Both the position numbers and the translations under genes were made by a program. This document shows, piece after piece, positions 41,220 through 54,326 of a stretch of 64,000 nt of DNA. Positions within the stretch are counted from its first letter, which is position 1. Every line of letters starts with the position of its first letter. The DNA is from Eledone cirrhosa (taxonomy: Eukaryota): the NCBI GenBank assembly GCA_964016885.1, contig OZ024740.1, positions 205,406,001-205,470,000 on the forward strand, read 5' to 3'. Below the pieces are notes generated by a model. That model ran no database searches. It saw nothing but the letters and a program-made list of their open reading frames with translations, and was not told the DNA's origin.

Positions 41220-41306
41220 ATATGATAATAAGGGCGCTGCGGAGTTGCAAATGGATTACATATGAAGTAACCCATTTGCAACTCCGCAGCGCCCTTATTA
41301 TCATAT
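41220..41306. repeat. 40-bp inverted repeat / hairpin heading an unclassified insert (to ~41880)
   Basis: Arms 41220-41259 and 41267-41306, one mismatch, 7-nt loop. Confidence 0.9.
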
Positions 41307-41913
41307 TTACACATATTTTTTCCTCTGCTGCTACCCGTCTGTTTCGTTCTATGTATCTTTACCCTTTCTAGCAGTCTCTCTCTGTTAGCCTCTTCCTCAC
41401 CCTTCACTCACTCATTCTCTGTCACTACCTTTCCTCCTCCTCTTTCTTCCCGTTCGACCTGTGTGTAATTCTTTTCTCTCGCACGCTGGCCAAGCTGGTA
41501 TGAATTTTTTCTCTCTCTCGTCTACGATTTCACAGAACTTATGTTTACCGAATTCGCAGACCAGACCCCTTCTTCTTCCTCCCGTTAGACCTGTGCGAAA
41601 TTCCTTCCTTGCTCACATTTCAACCAGGTTTGATGGTCTTTATTCTCTCGTTCACGATTTCACCGAATTTAAATTCATAGAAATCTGGGACTTGTCTCTT
41701 TCTTCCTCACTTTCTGTTGCTTCACCATTTTGTTTGTTTACACTCGCGTCCCCTTTATTTACGTGTCCCAACGTCTTTTTTTAGCCGTTGTTCGCACCAA
41801 CCGGAGGTATATGGTCTTTAAAGCGATGAAATGCCTATGATGGTTGGAAGATCACTGATGAAGGACAAACTTTTTTCATATATATATTATATATATATAT
41901 TATATATATATAT

Positions 41914-42133
<220 letters not shown>

Positions 42134-42172
42134 ATATATATATATATATATTATATATATAATATATATATA

Positions 42173-42212
<40 letters not shown>

Positions 42213-42216
42213 TATA

Positions 42217-42254
<38 letters not shown>

Positions 42255-42264
42255 TATATATATG

Positions 42265-42410
42265 GAGGTACATGGCTTAGTGGTTAGAGCATTGGCCTTG
42301 CAATCGAAAGGTTGTGAGTTCAATTCTCAGACCGGGTGATGTGTTGTTTCCTTGAGCAAGGCACTTTATTTCACATTGCTCCAGTTTACTCAGCTGTAGA
42401 AATGAGATGA
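42265..42410 (+). mobile_element. tRNA-derived SINE 5' part
   Basis: tggcttagtggttagagc...gagttcaattctc...tccttgagcaaggcacttt. Confidence 0.8.
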
Positions 42411-42509
42411 TAGGGACTAGGGTCTCTATCATTCCACTGCAAAGTGGTCGTGCAGGTGCCACGGCAAAAAAGCACCCAGCACTCACTGTAAATGAGGTTG
42501 GTGTTAGGA

Positions 42510-42963
42510 ACGCCAGAAGTCACGGTCGTGTGTCATTGACTTTGAGAGGTGTAGTTGGGTAAGGTCGGCTTTTATCACCTCATCCCAAGTCATCTTGGGT
42601 CTCCCCACTCCGCGGTTTCCATCAACTTCTAGTGCTCTGCACCTTTTTATGCAGCTGTCATCCTTCATACGCATCACATGTCCATACCAGCGTAACCGCC
42701 TCTCCTGCACGCAGCATTTGATTCCTCTTATGCTCAGTCTCTCTCTCAATTCATTTATGCTTTGTCGTTCACGTATATTACTGTTACACATCCATCGGAG
42801 CATGCAGGCTTCGTTTCTCTCTAATCTACGTAGGTCTTCCACCTTCAGCGCCCAGGTCTCACTACCATGCAACATCGCTGTTCGGATACACGCATCATAC
42901 AGTCTGCCTTTCATTCTGAGGGAGAAGCCTTTTGCAGCTAGCAGTGGTAGTAGTTCCCTAAAC
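42510..42963 (-). mobile_element. RTE second-subfamily fragment
   Basis: ORF 42504-42914 MKGRLYDACIRTAMLHGSETW..RRLRWYGHV. Confidence 0.9.
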
Positions 42964-42967
42964 TAAT

Positions 42968-43115
<148 letters not shown>

Positions 43116-43130
43116 ATATATATATAATAT

Positions 43131-43526
43131 ATCATCATCATCACCGTTTTACGTCCGTTCTTCCACGCTAGCATGGGTTAGATGGGTTGTCCTGTTGTGG
43201 GCAGTGTCTGGTCGGCTGACCATGCCTTGCTCATACAGGAACTGATCTGGCTTGATTTCTACAGCTGGATGCCCTTCCTAACACCAACCTCATTTACAGT
43301 GAGTGCTGGGTGCTTTTTCGTGGCGCCTACACGTCCACTTTACAGTGTGGGCTGGGTGCCTTTTTGCCGTGGCACCTCCACGACCACCTTGCGGTGGGGG
43401 GGGGGGCATATTGTTTATATGCTTCAGCATGTACCCATGGGAGGTCGGGTACCCTGTATTACTGCGTGACGCCAGAAGTCACGGTCGTGTGTCATTGACT
43501 TTGAGAGGTGTAGTTGGGTAAGGTCT
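43131..43526 (-). mobile_element. RTE second-subfamily 3' end
   Basis: Near-identical to 38930-39330. Confidence 0.9.
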
Positions 43527-43695
43527 ATATATATATATATAATATATATATATATAAAATATATATATATATATTATATATAATATATATAAAATATATA
43601 TATATATATTATATATATATATATATATATTATATATAAAATATATATATATATATATTATATATATTATATATATATATATATATAATATATTA

Positions 43696-43791
<96 letters not shown>

Positions 43792-43811
43792 ATATATATA
43801 TATATATATAT

Positions 43812-43855
<44 letters not shown>

Positions 43856-43871
43856 ATATATATATATATAT

Positions 43872-43912
<41 letters not shown>

Positions 43913-43915
<3 letters not shown>

Positions 43916-44198
43916 ATAGAATGTAGTGTACGGGAGAGGAGACTGAGGTGGTATGGACATGTGATGCGCATGGAGGATGACCGATGGGTCAGGAATTGCC
44001 AGTTGAAGGAAGACGTGGTAGAGGTAGACCACGAAAAACATGGGCGGAGGTGGTGAGAACAGACCTCAGATCATTGAAACTCACGGTGGAGATGACGAGG
44101 GACCGTGACGAGTGGAGAGATGCTGTGCTGAATAAGACCCGTCCCACCCTTGCAAGCAGGGAAAAGCGGACGTAAAATGATGATGATGATGATGATGA
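43913..44198 (+). mobile_element. RTE third-subfamily 3' end
   Basis: RRLRWYGHVMRM..GRRGRGRPRKTW plus (GAT)n; second copy at 48365-48641. Confidence 0.9.
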
Positions 44199-44243
44199 TA
44201 TATATATATATTATATATATATATATAATATATATATATCATA

Positions 44244-45200
44244 TATCATCATCATCATCATCATCGTTTAACGTCCGTGTTCCAGGCTTGCATGGGTTTG
44301 GACGGGGGTTTTCCCACTTGAGGCAAGAGTGATTATCTTGCTCGCATAGGACTGTCTGGCGGGTTTTCTACAGCTGGATGCCCTTCCTAACACCAACCAC
44401 ATTTACAGTGTGGGGCTGGGAGGTTTTTACCGTGTTGCCTACACGGCCACATTACAGCGTGAACTGTGTGTTTTTTTGACGTGACACCTACACGATCTCA
44501 TTTGTTTCGGCCTGGATGTTGTGGCACCAACATAACTTTACATTGAAAGGGGCGGTGTGGATGGTGGGACGGGGGTGTATTTTGTTAGAGATGCCTACTG
44601 ACTGTAGTAGGTTTTACTTTGTATTTAGGTAAGGCGGGTCTTCTCTATTACTGAGTACCGCCAAAGGTCTCGGTCCAGTGATATTGTCTTGGTGAGGTGT
44701 AAGTGTGTGAGGTCGGAATTTATCAGCTCGTCCCAGGTTTTTCTGGGTCTGCCTATTCCGTGGCTACCGTCTATCTTTATTGCCCTGCACTTTGTTATAC
44801 AGCTATCGTCCTTCATGCGCATCACGTGACCATACCAACGTAGCCTTCTCTCGAGTAAACATCTGATCCCTCTTATTTTTAATTTTTTCCTTAGTTCGTT
44901 TATGCTTTGCCGTTCACGTATATTACTATTACACATCCAGTGGAGCATGCAAGCTTCGTTTCTCTCTAGTCTGCGTATATCCTCTGCACACAATGCCCAG
45001 GTCTCACTGCCATGCAATATTGCTGTTCGTATGCAGGCATCGTACAACCTGCCTTTCATTTTTAGGGAGAACCCTTTAGCGGCTAATAGTGGTATAAGCT
45101 CTCTGAACTTTTTCCATCCAGTTCTGACTCTAGCTACTGTACTTTCAGAGCACCCTCCCCCACTGCTGATTTTGTCACCCAGGTAACGGAAGCTGTCCAC
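44244..45200 (-). mobile_element. RTE LINE 3' fragment
   Basis: ORF 44625-45200 DSFRYLGD...EKTRLT, with 3'UTR and tail. Confidence 0.95.
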
Positions 45201-45783
45201 AAATATATATAATATATATTATATATATATACATATATATTATATATATTATATATATATATATATTATATATATAATATATATATACATATATATTATA
45301 TATATAATACATATATACATATATATTATATATATAATACATATATACATATATATTATATATATATATATATTATACATATTTCGTTTCTGAATTTGTT
45401 TAGCAAGATTCTTTATCTGAAATCGTGTGTTGAAACCGATATTGTTATACTGTGGAACCAACCAACCAACCAACCAGAAATTTATAAGTTTGTAGATTTG
45501 TAGATTTATAAATTTATAAATATATAATAAATTGAAGTGAAAGCAACTGGTGCGTGTGTTTCTTATTGGCAACATGACCCTCCCAAAGTATAACAATATT
45601 ATATATATATTATATATATAATATATATATACATATATATTATATATACATATATATTATATATATATATATATTATATATATATATATAATATATATAT
45701 ACATATATATTATATATATATATATATATTATATATATATATAATATATATATATAATATATATATATATTATATATATATAT

Positions 45784-45816
<33 letters not shown>

Positions 45817-45837
45817 CATATATATTATATATATATA

Positions 45838-45877
<40 letters not shown>

Positions 45878-45900
45878 TATATATATACATATATATTATT

Positions 45901-46131
45901 ATAGAAGTGGTGGATAGCTTCCGGTACCTAGGAGATCAGATTAGCATTGGAGGAGGGTGTTCCGAGGCCATAGTATCTAGAATAAGGACGGGTTGGAAGA
46001 AATTTAGGGAGATGCTTCCTCTGTTGACGAAGAAGGGTTTCTCCCTGCATACGAAAGGCTGGTTGTATGATGCCTGTGTGAGGAGCGCGATGCTGCATGG
46101 TAGTGAGACATGGGCAGCAACTGCAGAGGAT
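45901..46131 (+). mobile_element. RTE internal fragment
   Basis: VVDSFRYLGDQISIGGGCSEA..MLHGSETW. Confidence 0.88.
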
Positions 46132-48345
46132 AAACATCTCTCTCCATATTATTTACTCACTTCAGTCTATATATTTTTTTACTCACCTCAATCCGGATTC
46201 TCACTTGAAACATTTTTTAATTTCTAATTGTTAATTTTTTAATTGTTTAATTTATAATTTCTGATATTTGATTTAGGATTTTAATTTTTATTTCCAACTC
46301 TCACTCATAACTTCCAATGTAAAACCATGATACCTAGAATTAAGTTTATTTTCTCTTAGGAGTTGATATTCAGTCGTACTGTCCACGCTTGGTGAGAGGT
46401 AGTATTGTGACCTGTAAAAACTAACACTCAGCCATCCCCTCTGGCTTTCGGCTGACTGCCACAGTCGGGATGGGTAGCAGTAAACTATGGTACAGGCCTA
46501 AGTGGGTCATTGTTTGGCTGAGAGGGTGAAGTGACTAAGCAAATTTTGTTGAAATCTGCGGTAGCTAATGGTCAACTTCCTTCGGACATGCGCCTGCGCA
46601 GACCGGTGGGGTGAATTGGTACTCACAGGGGAACGGATGAAGAACCCAAAAGCACACACTTCGTCCGTTCCCATGTCGATTCAATTTGGATTGCCTCGGA
46701 AACATAACCTTATTATGGAACAAGCTGTCTGATGATGTCACGATACTCGCACACAGAACAGTGTGGCCAGTGTCGTCATTGAAATATATATCACAACATT
46801 ATTATTAAAGGACTTGAACATCTGAAACTACTTCGCTTTTCCTTATTTGATATTTACTCCGTCACTCCTATGTAGAAAAAGTACGTTGAGTGCTTGAATT
46901 GAATTGCATCAATGTTTACCCTAAGAATTTAGCTCCAATTAGTTGAGCGCTCTATGATGTAACCGATATGGTGGAGAAGAGAGGAACCAACCATGAGCTA
47001 TCCCTGGAAATTCCCTCTACCATGGGATGGAAACCCCTGACACTGGACGGACATAATAGCAACTTTCAGCAGGATAAATACGCGGAAACAAAAACTAAGA
47101 TAAACCCCTATTTTCCTGCAACAAATCGCATTTGAACAGAAGACCCCTCAATTCAATCTATACATTGACAAATTGACAATCATATGGATCATTTTGCATA
47201 TATGTACTCTGTGTTTTTGCATTTATTCATTATTGGTTCTTTTCTTTTGTGTACTTTATGTCTGTTTTTCTTTGGTTTTGTTCCATGTGATGGAAATTAT
47301 GACTGTGTACCAGATTGACTACTGCCTTGAATACTGTAGTTTACCCTCCGTTCTAATGTACGGCACTATCGTTCAATATGTGGATAGTGTAACTGTGACA
47401 TTAGAACCCCTCTCAGAACTTCTTACTTAAACATCTCTCTCCATATTATTTACTCACTTCAGTCCATATATTCTTTTACTCACCTCAATCCGGATTCTCA
47501 CTTGAAACATTTTTTAATTTCTAATTGTTAATTTTTTAATTGTTTAATTTATAATTTCTGATATTTGATTTAGGATTTTAATTTTTATTTCCAACTCTCA
47601 CTCATAACTTCCAATGTAAAACCATGATACCTAGAATTAAGTTTATTTTCTCTTAGGAGTTGATGGTCAGTCGTACTGTCCACGCTTGGTGAGAGGTAGT
47701 ATTGTGACCTGTAAAAATTAACACTCAGCCATCCCCTCTGGCTTTCGGCTGACTGCCACAGTCAGGATGGGTAGCAGTAAACTATGGTACAGGCCTAAGT
47801 GGGTCATTTTTTGGCTGAGAGGGTGAAGTGACTAAGCGAATTTCGTTGAAATCTGCGGTAGCTAATGGTTAACTTCCTTCGGACATGCGCCTGCGCAGAC
47901 TGGTGGGGGTGAATTGGTACTCACAGGGGAACGGATGAAGAACCCAAGAGTACACACTTCGTCCGTTCCCATGTCGATTCAATTTGGATTGCCTCGGAAA
48001 CATAACCTTATTATGTAACAAGCTGTCTGATGATGTCATGACACTCGCACACAGAACAGTGTGGCCAGTGTCATCATTGAAATATATATCACAGCATTAT
48101 TATTAAAGGGCGGTGGATTGGCAGTATCGGTAGAGGGTCTGACGCTATGCTTTGCAGCAAAGAGTTACGTCCCTTTATGGTTTGAGTTCAAATCCCGCCG
48201 AGGTTAACTTTGCCTTTCATCCTTACGGGGTCGATAAAATAAAGTACCAGTAATGCACTGGATAATTGCTGGCCTTGTGCCAAAAGTAGAAACAATTATT
48301 ATTAAAGGAGTTGAATATCTGAAACTACTTCGCTTTTCCTTATTC
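46132..48345. repeat. Tandem duplication of a ~1297-bp unclassified unit (one full copy plus one partial)
   Basis: aaacatctctctccatattatttactcac starts at 46132 and at 47429; the second copy is interrupted by a SINE. Confidence 0.92.
48110..48302 (+). mobile_element. tRNA-derived SINE, second family (Meta-domain-like), with TSD
   Basis: B-box gagttcaaatccc and gcctttcatccttacggggtcgataaaataaagtacc. Flanked by duplicated attattattaaagg; the empty site is at ~46798-46811. Confidence 0.85.
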
Positions 48346-48364
48346 TATATATATATATAGAATA

Positions 48365-48639
48365 AGAGAGGAGACTGAGGTGGTATGGACATGTGATGCG
48401 CATGGAGGATGACCAATGGGTGAAGAAGTGCCAGGAAATGCCAGTTGAAGGAAGACGTGGTAGAGGTAGACCACGAAAAACATGGGCGGAGGTGGTGAGA
48501 ACAGACCTCAGATCATTGAAGCTCACGGTGGAGATGACGAGGGACCGTGACGAGTGGAGAGATGCTGTGCTGAATAAGACCCATCCCACCCTTGCAAGCA
48601 GGGAAAAGCGGACGTAACATGATGATGATGATGATGATG

Positions 48640-48641
<2 letters not shown>
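48365..48641 (+). mobile_element. RTE third-subfamily 3' end
   Basis: ORF 48393-48617 plus (GAT)n. Confidence 0.9.
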
Positions 48642-48669
<28 letters not shown>

Positions 48670-48674
<5 letters not shown>

Positions 48675-48870
48675 TATTAAAATAACAGATTAAAGTTTAA
48701 GCAAAGAATCGCTGCTTTCACCCTTAACGGGATCTTCTGAAACTTTGCTTAAACTTTAATCTGTTATTTTAATAAATATTTGCTCTACGGTTCTTATATA
48801 TATATATATTATATATTTATCCTTATCGAGCCCTCTTTGGATTTTAGTCTTCAAATTTATTATTATTACT
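48670..48870. mobile_element. Miniature fold-back insert with hammerhead-like relic
   Basis: 37-bp inverted arms 48670-48706 and 48743-48779. The spacer on minus reads cagaaga-tccc-gttaa-gggt-gaaa; a ~90-nt one-sided tail. Confidence 0.55.
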
Positions 48871-49430
48871 ATATATATATATATATATTATTGCTATTTT
48901 GCTGAACTCCTTTGTAGAGTTTTTTTCAGAATGTATTTGACTGCTATTTCTTGTAAATAAACATTCACTTCCATCCTGACGTCACTAGCCCCGTTTTTTC
49001 CTCATGTGCTTTTTCATAAATACACATGAAGGCGAACTAGCCAGTTTTAGAATTCCCTTTTTCGGATTATACTACTGTGAGAGCCCTGGTTTCTGTTGAG
49101 CTCTGCTGATGAATGAAATCCAACCGTGACCATCTCCACTGAAAGTTTTCATGAAATAGTCTTTTAAGACTATACAGAGCATTTGATGTTATTCCAAATT
49201 AAAGGATAAGTGTTTCAAACTTTATTTTATCATGAGTTAAAGGTCTATAGATTTTTCCCTGGATTTTACTAAATTCTGTGGATGAATTTATATCCTGATT
49301 CTCTTTTGAGATGAGTTTGAGTTATTTTTCCTAAATCTTTCGTTAACTACTTTTCCCATCTTGACGTTATAGTCGCATATATGTTATAGAATGCTGTTAG
49401 CTTCTTGCTAAAACAATCTCTATACCTCTC

Positions 49431-49500
<70 letters not shown>

Positions 49501-49526
49501 TGTAATAAACAACATAAGGCAATTAT

Positions 49527-49584
49527 TCCATTTACCAGTGGTTTCTTAAAAGCAAAAAATTTTGCTTTCAATCCTCAGAATGAA
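49527..49584 (-). ncRNA. Type I hammerhead ribozyme
   Basis: ttcatt-CTGAGGA-ttgaaagcaaa(attt)tttgcttttaa-GAAA-ccactgg-TA-aatgga; all core nucleotides present, GUA site. Confidence 0.85.
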
Positions 49585-49735
49585 AAAATCCTGGTCTGTT
49601 TATTGAATTTGGATTTTAAAACAAAAATGCAAATCTATATGAAAGTGAGGCTGGAGAAAGAAGAAGGAAAGGAAAAATAAAATTAAAACCACACATGCAA
49701 ACACACACACACACACAAAAGGATACATACACACT

Positions 49736-49794
<59 letters not shown>

Positions 49795-50252
49795 TCATAC
49801 ATACACACACATATACACATATATATGTGTATATAAATACACACATACACACATAAATATCAACACATCCATACATACACATACATATATACAACCACAC
49901 ACGACATATATACACAACGTTACATACATACACATACATAAATGCGTACATATGCATGTACAAAATTAGAAAAATATACACACCTCTACATATTCACACA
50001 CGCAAATAATTATAGAAAAATATATATAAAAAATAAAATATAAACAGTTGACAGCGATACAAGCGACGAGTAGATGAATAGACACACGTGGTAAGCAATA
50101 CACACAAATGCATGTACACATACGTACGAAAAAGTAAATACATACACACACTCTCACACATAAATATACATATACAAATACAATAAACACATACACAAAC
50201 ACACACACACACACACACATATACATATATACACACACATATATATAAATAT

Positions 50253-50300
<48 letters not shown>

Positions 50301-50479
50301 TAATAAAAATAATGAATAAACAAAGAAACAGTTCCTTATATTAAAAATTCATCATTTTACGATCGTTTCTAGGATATATATGTTAGTGTTGGTATGCATA
50401 TCCTATAGATCTATGTAAAATTTTAACAAACTATCAGAAGGAATATACATACCTACACATATATATGCTGTCTTCAGAA

Positions 50480-50668
50480 ATAATTGTTTCTACTTTTGGC
50501 ACAAGGCCAACAATTGCCCAGTGCATTACTGGTACTTTATTTTATCGACCCCGTAAGGATGAAAGGCAAAGTTAACCTCGGTGGGATTTGAACTCAGAAT
50601 GGCAAGGGCCGTAACTCTATGCGTCAAAGCATGGCGTCTGACCCTCTACCGATACTGCCAATTCACTA
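50480..50668 (-). mobile_element. SINE (second family) in the left palindrome arm
   Basis: Reverse complement of 53000-53188. Confidence 0.85.
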
Positions 50669-52999
50669 GAAATAATGATATTTGTTTATTGAAAAAAACC
50701 AACAAAGATTTAATACAATAGGTCTGTTTGGGAACAGGTTTTGAATTGACCAATAGAAAGATAGTGAAAGTCAAGATGGTAAAATAGTAGTAAAAGAACC
50801 TTAATTTAGGGGTAGAGGAAGGTAGATTTCAGTTTTGGATGGAAAGAATATTATGAATGAAAGATTATTTTAGGGATGAAAATAGGTCATATGCTGTCTT
50901 CAGAAATAATTATATTTGTTCATTGAATAAAACCAACAAAGATTTAATATAATAGGTTTGTTTGGGAACAGGTTTTGAATTGACCAATAGAAAGGTAATA
51001 ACTGGCTAAATGGTAAAATAGTAGTAATGGAACTTTAATTTAGGGGTAGAAGAAGGCAGATTTCAGTTTTGAATGGAAGGAGTATGAAGAATGAAAAGGT
51101 TATTTTAGGGGTGAAAATAGGTCAGGTCGGTAAAAATGTACACGAAAAATTGCTGTTATAAAAGAATAATGCCAATGTAAATATCTAAGGAGACTAAAAT
51201 TTTACGATAAAAGTGTTAGTGAAAAAAATATATATATGGAATTTACATCTATGAAAAGAAAGTAAATTAATTAAATTGATAGGTATATTTATATTGATAA
51301 AATTATATTAATGCATATAGATATGATAAATAAGAGTTAGATGTAATTGAAGAGTGGTTAAAGACGAGGGGAAATAAAAAAAATATATATATATAATTAT
51401 TGGGGGGGGGGGGGGGTTACATTTATTAGTGAGAAATAACAAATATATAGAGATTACAAGGAACATAGAATCATAACCTGAAATTAAAACAGTATATATG
51501 TATACTTAATGGTATAAATTTTAGGAAAAGATAGTTGTAAAAAGGAAAATAAAATTATGTGGTTCATTAGTAGTAGAATATTAATTATAGGTTAACTAAA
51601 TTTAAAAAAATGTTATTCTAATAATTTCTAAAGTGTATATTAATTAGGTTTATAATATTTAAAGGTTTTTCTCAGTTTATGATTACACGATATTAAAATT
51701 TTTTTTAGGTATATTATCTTTAATTTGTAAATTAAATGGAGCATTATACCAAGTAACTCGTCTATTACGGTTTCGATGTTTATTATTTTTATAGGATGTA
51801 TCCTGATGTTTATTAAGAGAATTATTGTTAATGACTTCACCACACACATTTTTAGTTAGATTCATTGATTTAGGTGTTTTAGCTTGTTTATTAGGAGTTT
51901 TACTATTAACATTTATTAGAGTAGTAGGATGAATATTTTTTTGAGAGGATATCCTATTAAATAAGCGACAGGAATTAATAATATCGTGTAATCATAAACT
52001 GAGAAAAACCTTTAAATATTATAAACCTAATTAATATACACTTTAGAAATTATTATAATAACATTTTTTTAAATTTAGTTAACCTATAATTAATATTCTA
52101 CTACTAATGAACCACATAATTTTATTTTCCTTTTTACAACTATCTTTTCCTAAAATTGATACCATTAAGTATACATATATACTGTTTTAATTTCAGGTTA
52201 TGATTCTATGTTCCTTGTAATCTCTATATATTTGTTATTTCTCACTAATAAATGTAACCCCCCCCCCAATAATTATATATATATATTTTTTTTTATTTCC
52301 CCTCGTCTTTAACAGCACTCTTCAATTACATCTAACTTTTATTTATCATATCTATATGTATTAATATAATTTTATCAATATAAATATACCTATCAATTTA
52401 ATTAATTTACTTTCTTTCATAGATGTAAATTCCATATATATATTTTTTTCACTAACACTTTTATCGTAAAATTTTAGTCTCCTTAGATATTTACATTGGC
52501 ATTATTCTTTTATAACAGCAATTTTTCGTGTACCTTTTACTGACCTGACCTATTTTCACCCCTAAAATAACCTTTTCATTCTTCATACTCCTTCAATTCA
52601 AAACTGAAATCTGCCTTCTTCTACCCCTAAATTAAAGTTCCATTACTACTATTTTACCATTTAGCCAGTTATTACCTTTCTATTGGTCAATTCAAAACCT
52701 GTTCCCAAACAGACCTATTATATTAAATCTTTGTTGGTTTTATTCAATGAACAAATATAATTATTTCTGAAGACAGCATAAGACCTATTTTCATCCCTAA
52801 AATAATCTTTCATTCATAATATTCTTTCCATCCAAAACTGAAATCTACCTTCCTCTACCCCTAAATTAAGGTTCTTTTACTATTTTACCATCTTGACCTT
52901 CACTATCTTTCTATTGGTCAATTCAAAACCTGTTCCCAAACAGACCTATTGTATTAAATCTTTGTTGGTTTTTTTCAATAAACAAATATCATTATTTCT

Positions 53000-53188
53000 A
53001 GTGAATTGGCAGTATCGGTAGAGGGTCAGACGCCATGCTTTGACACATAGAGTTACGACCCTTGCCATTCTGAGTTCAAATCCCGCCGAGGTTAACTTTG
53101 CCTTTCATCCTTACGGGATCGATAAAATAAAGTACCAGTAATGCACTGGGCAATTGCTGGCCTTGTGCCAAAAGTAGAAACAATTATT
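53000..53188 (+). mobile_element. SINE (second family) in the right palindrome arm
   Basis: Homologous to 48110-48302; flanked by the direct repeat attatttct. Confidence 0.85.
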
Positions 53189-53977
53189 TCTGAAGACAGC
53201 ATATATATGTGTAGGTATGTATATTCCTTCTGTTAGTTTGTAAAAATTTTACATAGATCTATAGGATATGCATACCAACACTAACATATATATCCTAGAA
53301 ACGATCGTAAAATGATGAATTTTTTAATATAAGGAACTGTTTCTTTGTTTATTCATTATTTTTATTAATTTATCTTGACTCTGTTTTCCTGTATTTTTCA
53401 TCGAAAAAATTTTTTTGAATACATCTTCTCTTTTCATGATATTCGGATTACATTGAGTTCTTCATACGGATTGGACACTACAGTACATTTTGGTAGATTT
53501 ATCTACATATATATATATATATATAAATAAGTAACATCCCGTACTCTATCGATTGGTCTATCTTAGACCATTCGAGGGAGTACCAAAGGGGCACAAAGAA
53601 TTGTTCTTTGTGTACCACAGAAAAATATAGGATTTTGCTAAACTTGAGAGCCACTTCTGTTTGCCTAAACTCAAAGACCGAGATCTTCAGATGTTGTCCT
53701 CATCTGAAATCACATCTGATCTGTAACTGGATTGACACTCCTATGATAAATCAACCACCTTGAACTCCTTCTCTGCTCTTTACTTCTGCTACGGTTTTTT
53801 TAATTTGCTGAATCCACATTCTGTACTCTTGTATTCTGTTTCTCCCTTATCTCCCCTTATTTTTCACCTTTTCCTATGTCCCCCCCCCCCATATATTCTT
53901 TTTGCCTTACCCTTCAAATGTATATGTATGTATGTGTATGTGTATATATATATATATGTAGATAGACCAGGTTTTTT

Positions 53978-54036
53978 TTCATTCTGAGGATTGAAGGCAA
54001 AATTTTTTTGCTTTTAAGAAACCACTGGTGAATGGA
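53978..54036 (+). ncRNA. Type I hammerhead ribozyme, probably inactivated (GUG site)
   Basis: CTGAGGA at 53984-53990 and GAAA at 54018-54021; the cleavage triplet GUG breaks the NUH rule. Confidence 0.75.
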
Positions 54037-54144
54037 ATAATTGCCTAATGTTGTTTATTACATTACTACTATATATATGTATATATAAGGTTCATATGAA
54101 TTATCTAAGATTGAGTTTTACACACACACATATATATGTGTATG

Positions 54145-54181
<37 letters not shown>

Positions 54182-54326
54182 GTTTGTATTTGGTTGTGCG
54201 TGTTTGTGATATGTATGTATTTGTATGTGAATAATTGTATAGCTATGTATGTATGTGTGTGTGTATGTATATATATATATGTGTGTGTATATGTGTGTGT
54301 ATTTATATATATATATATATATATAT

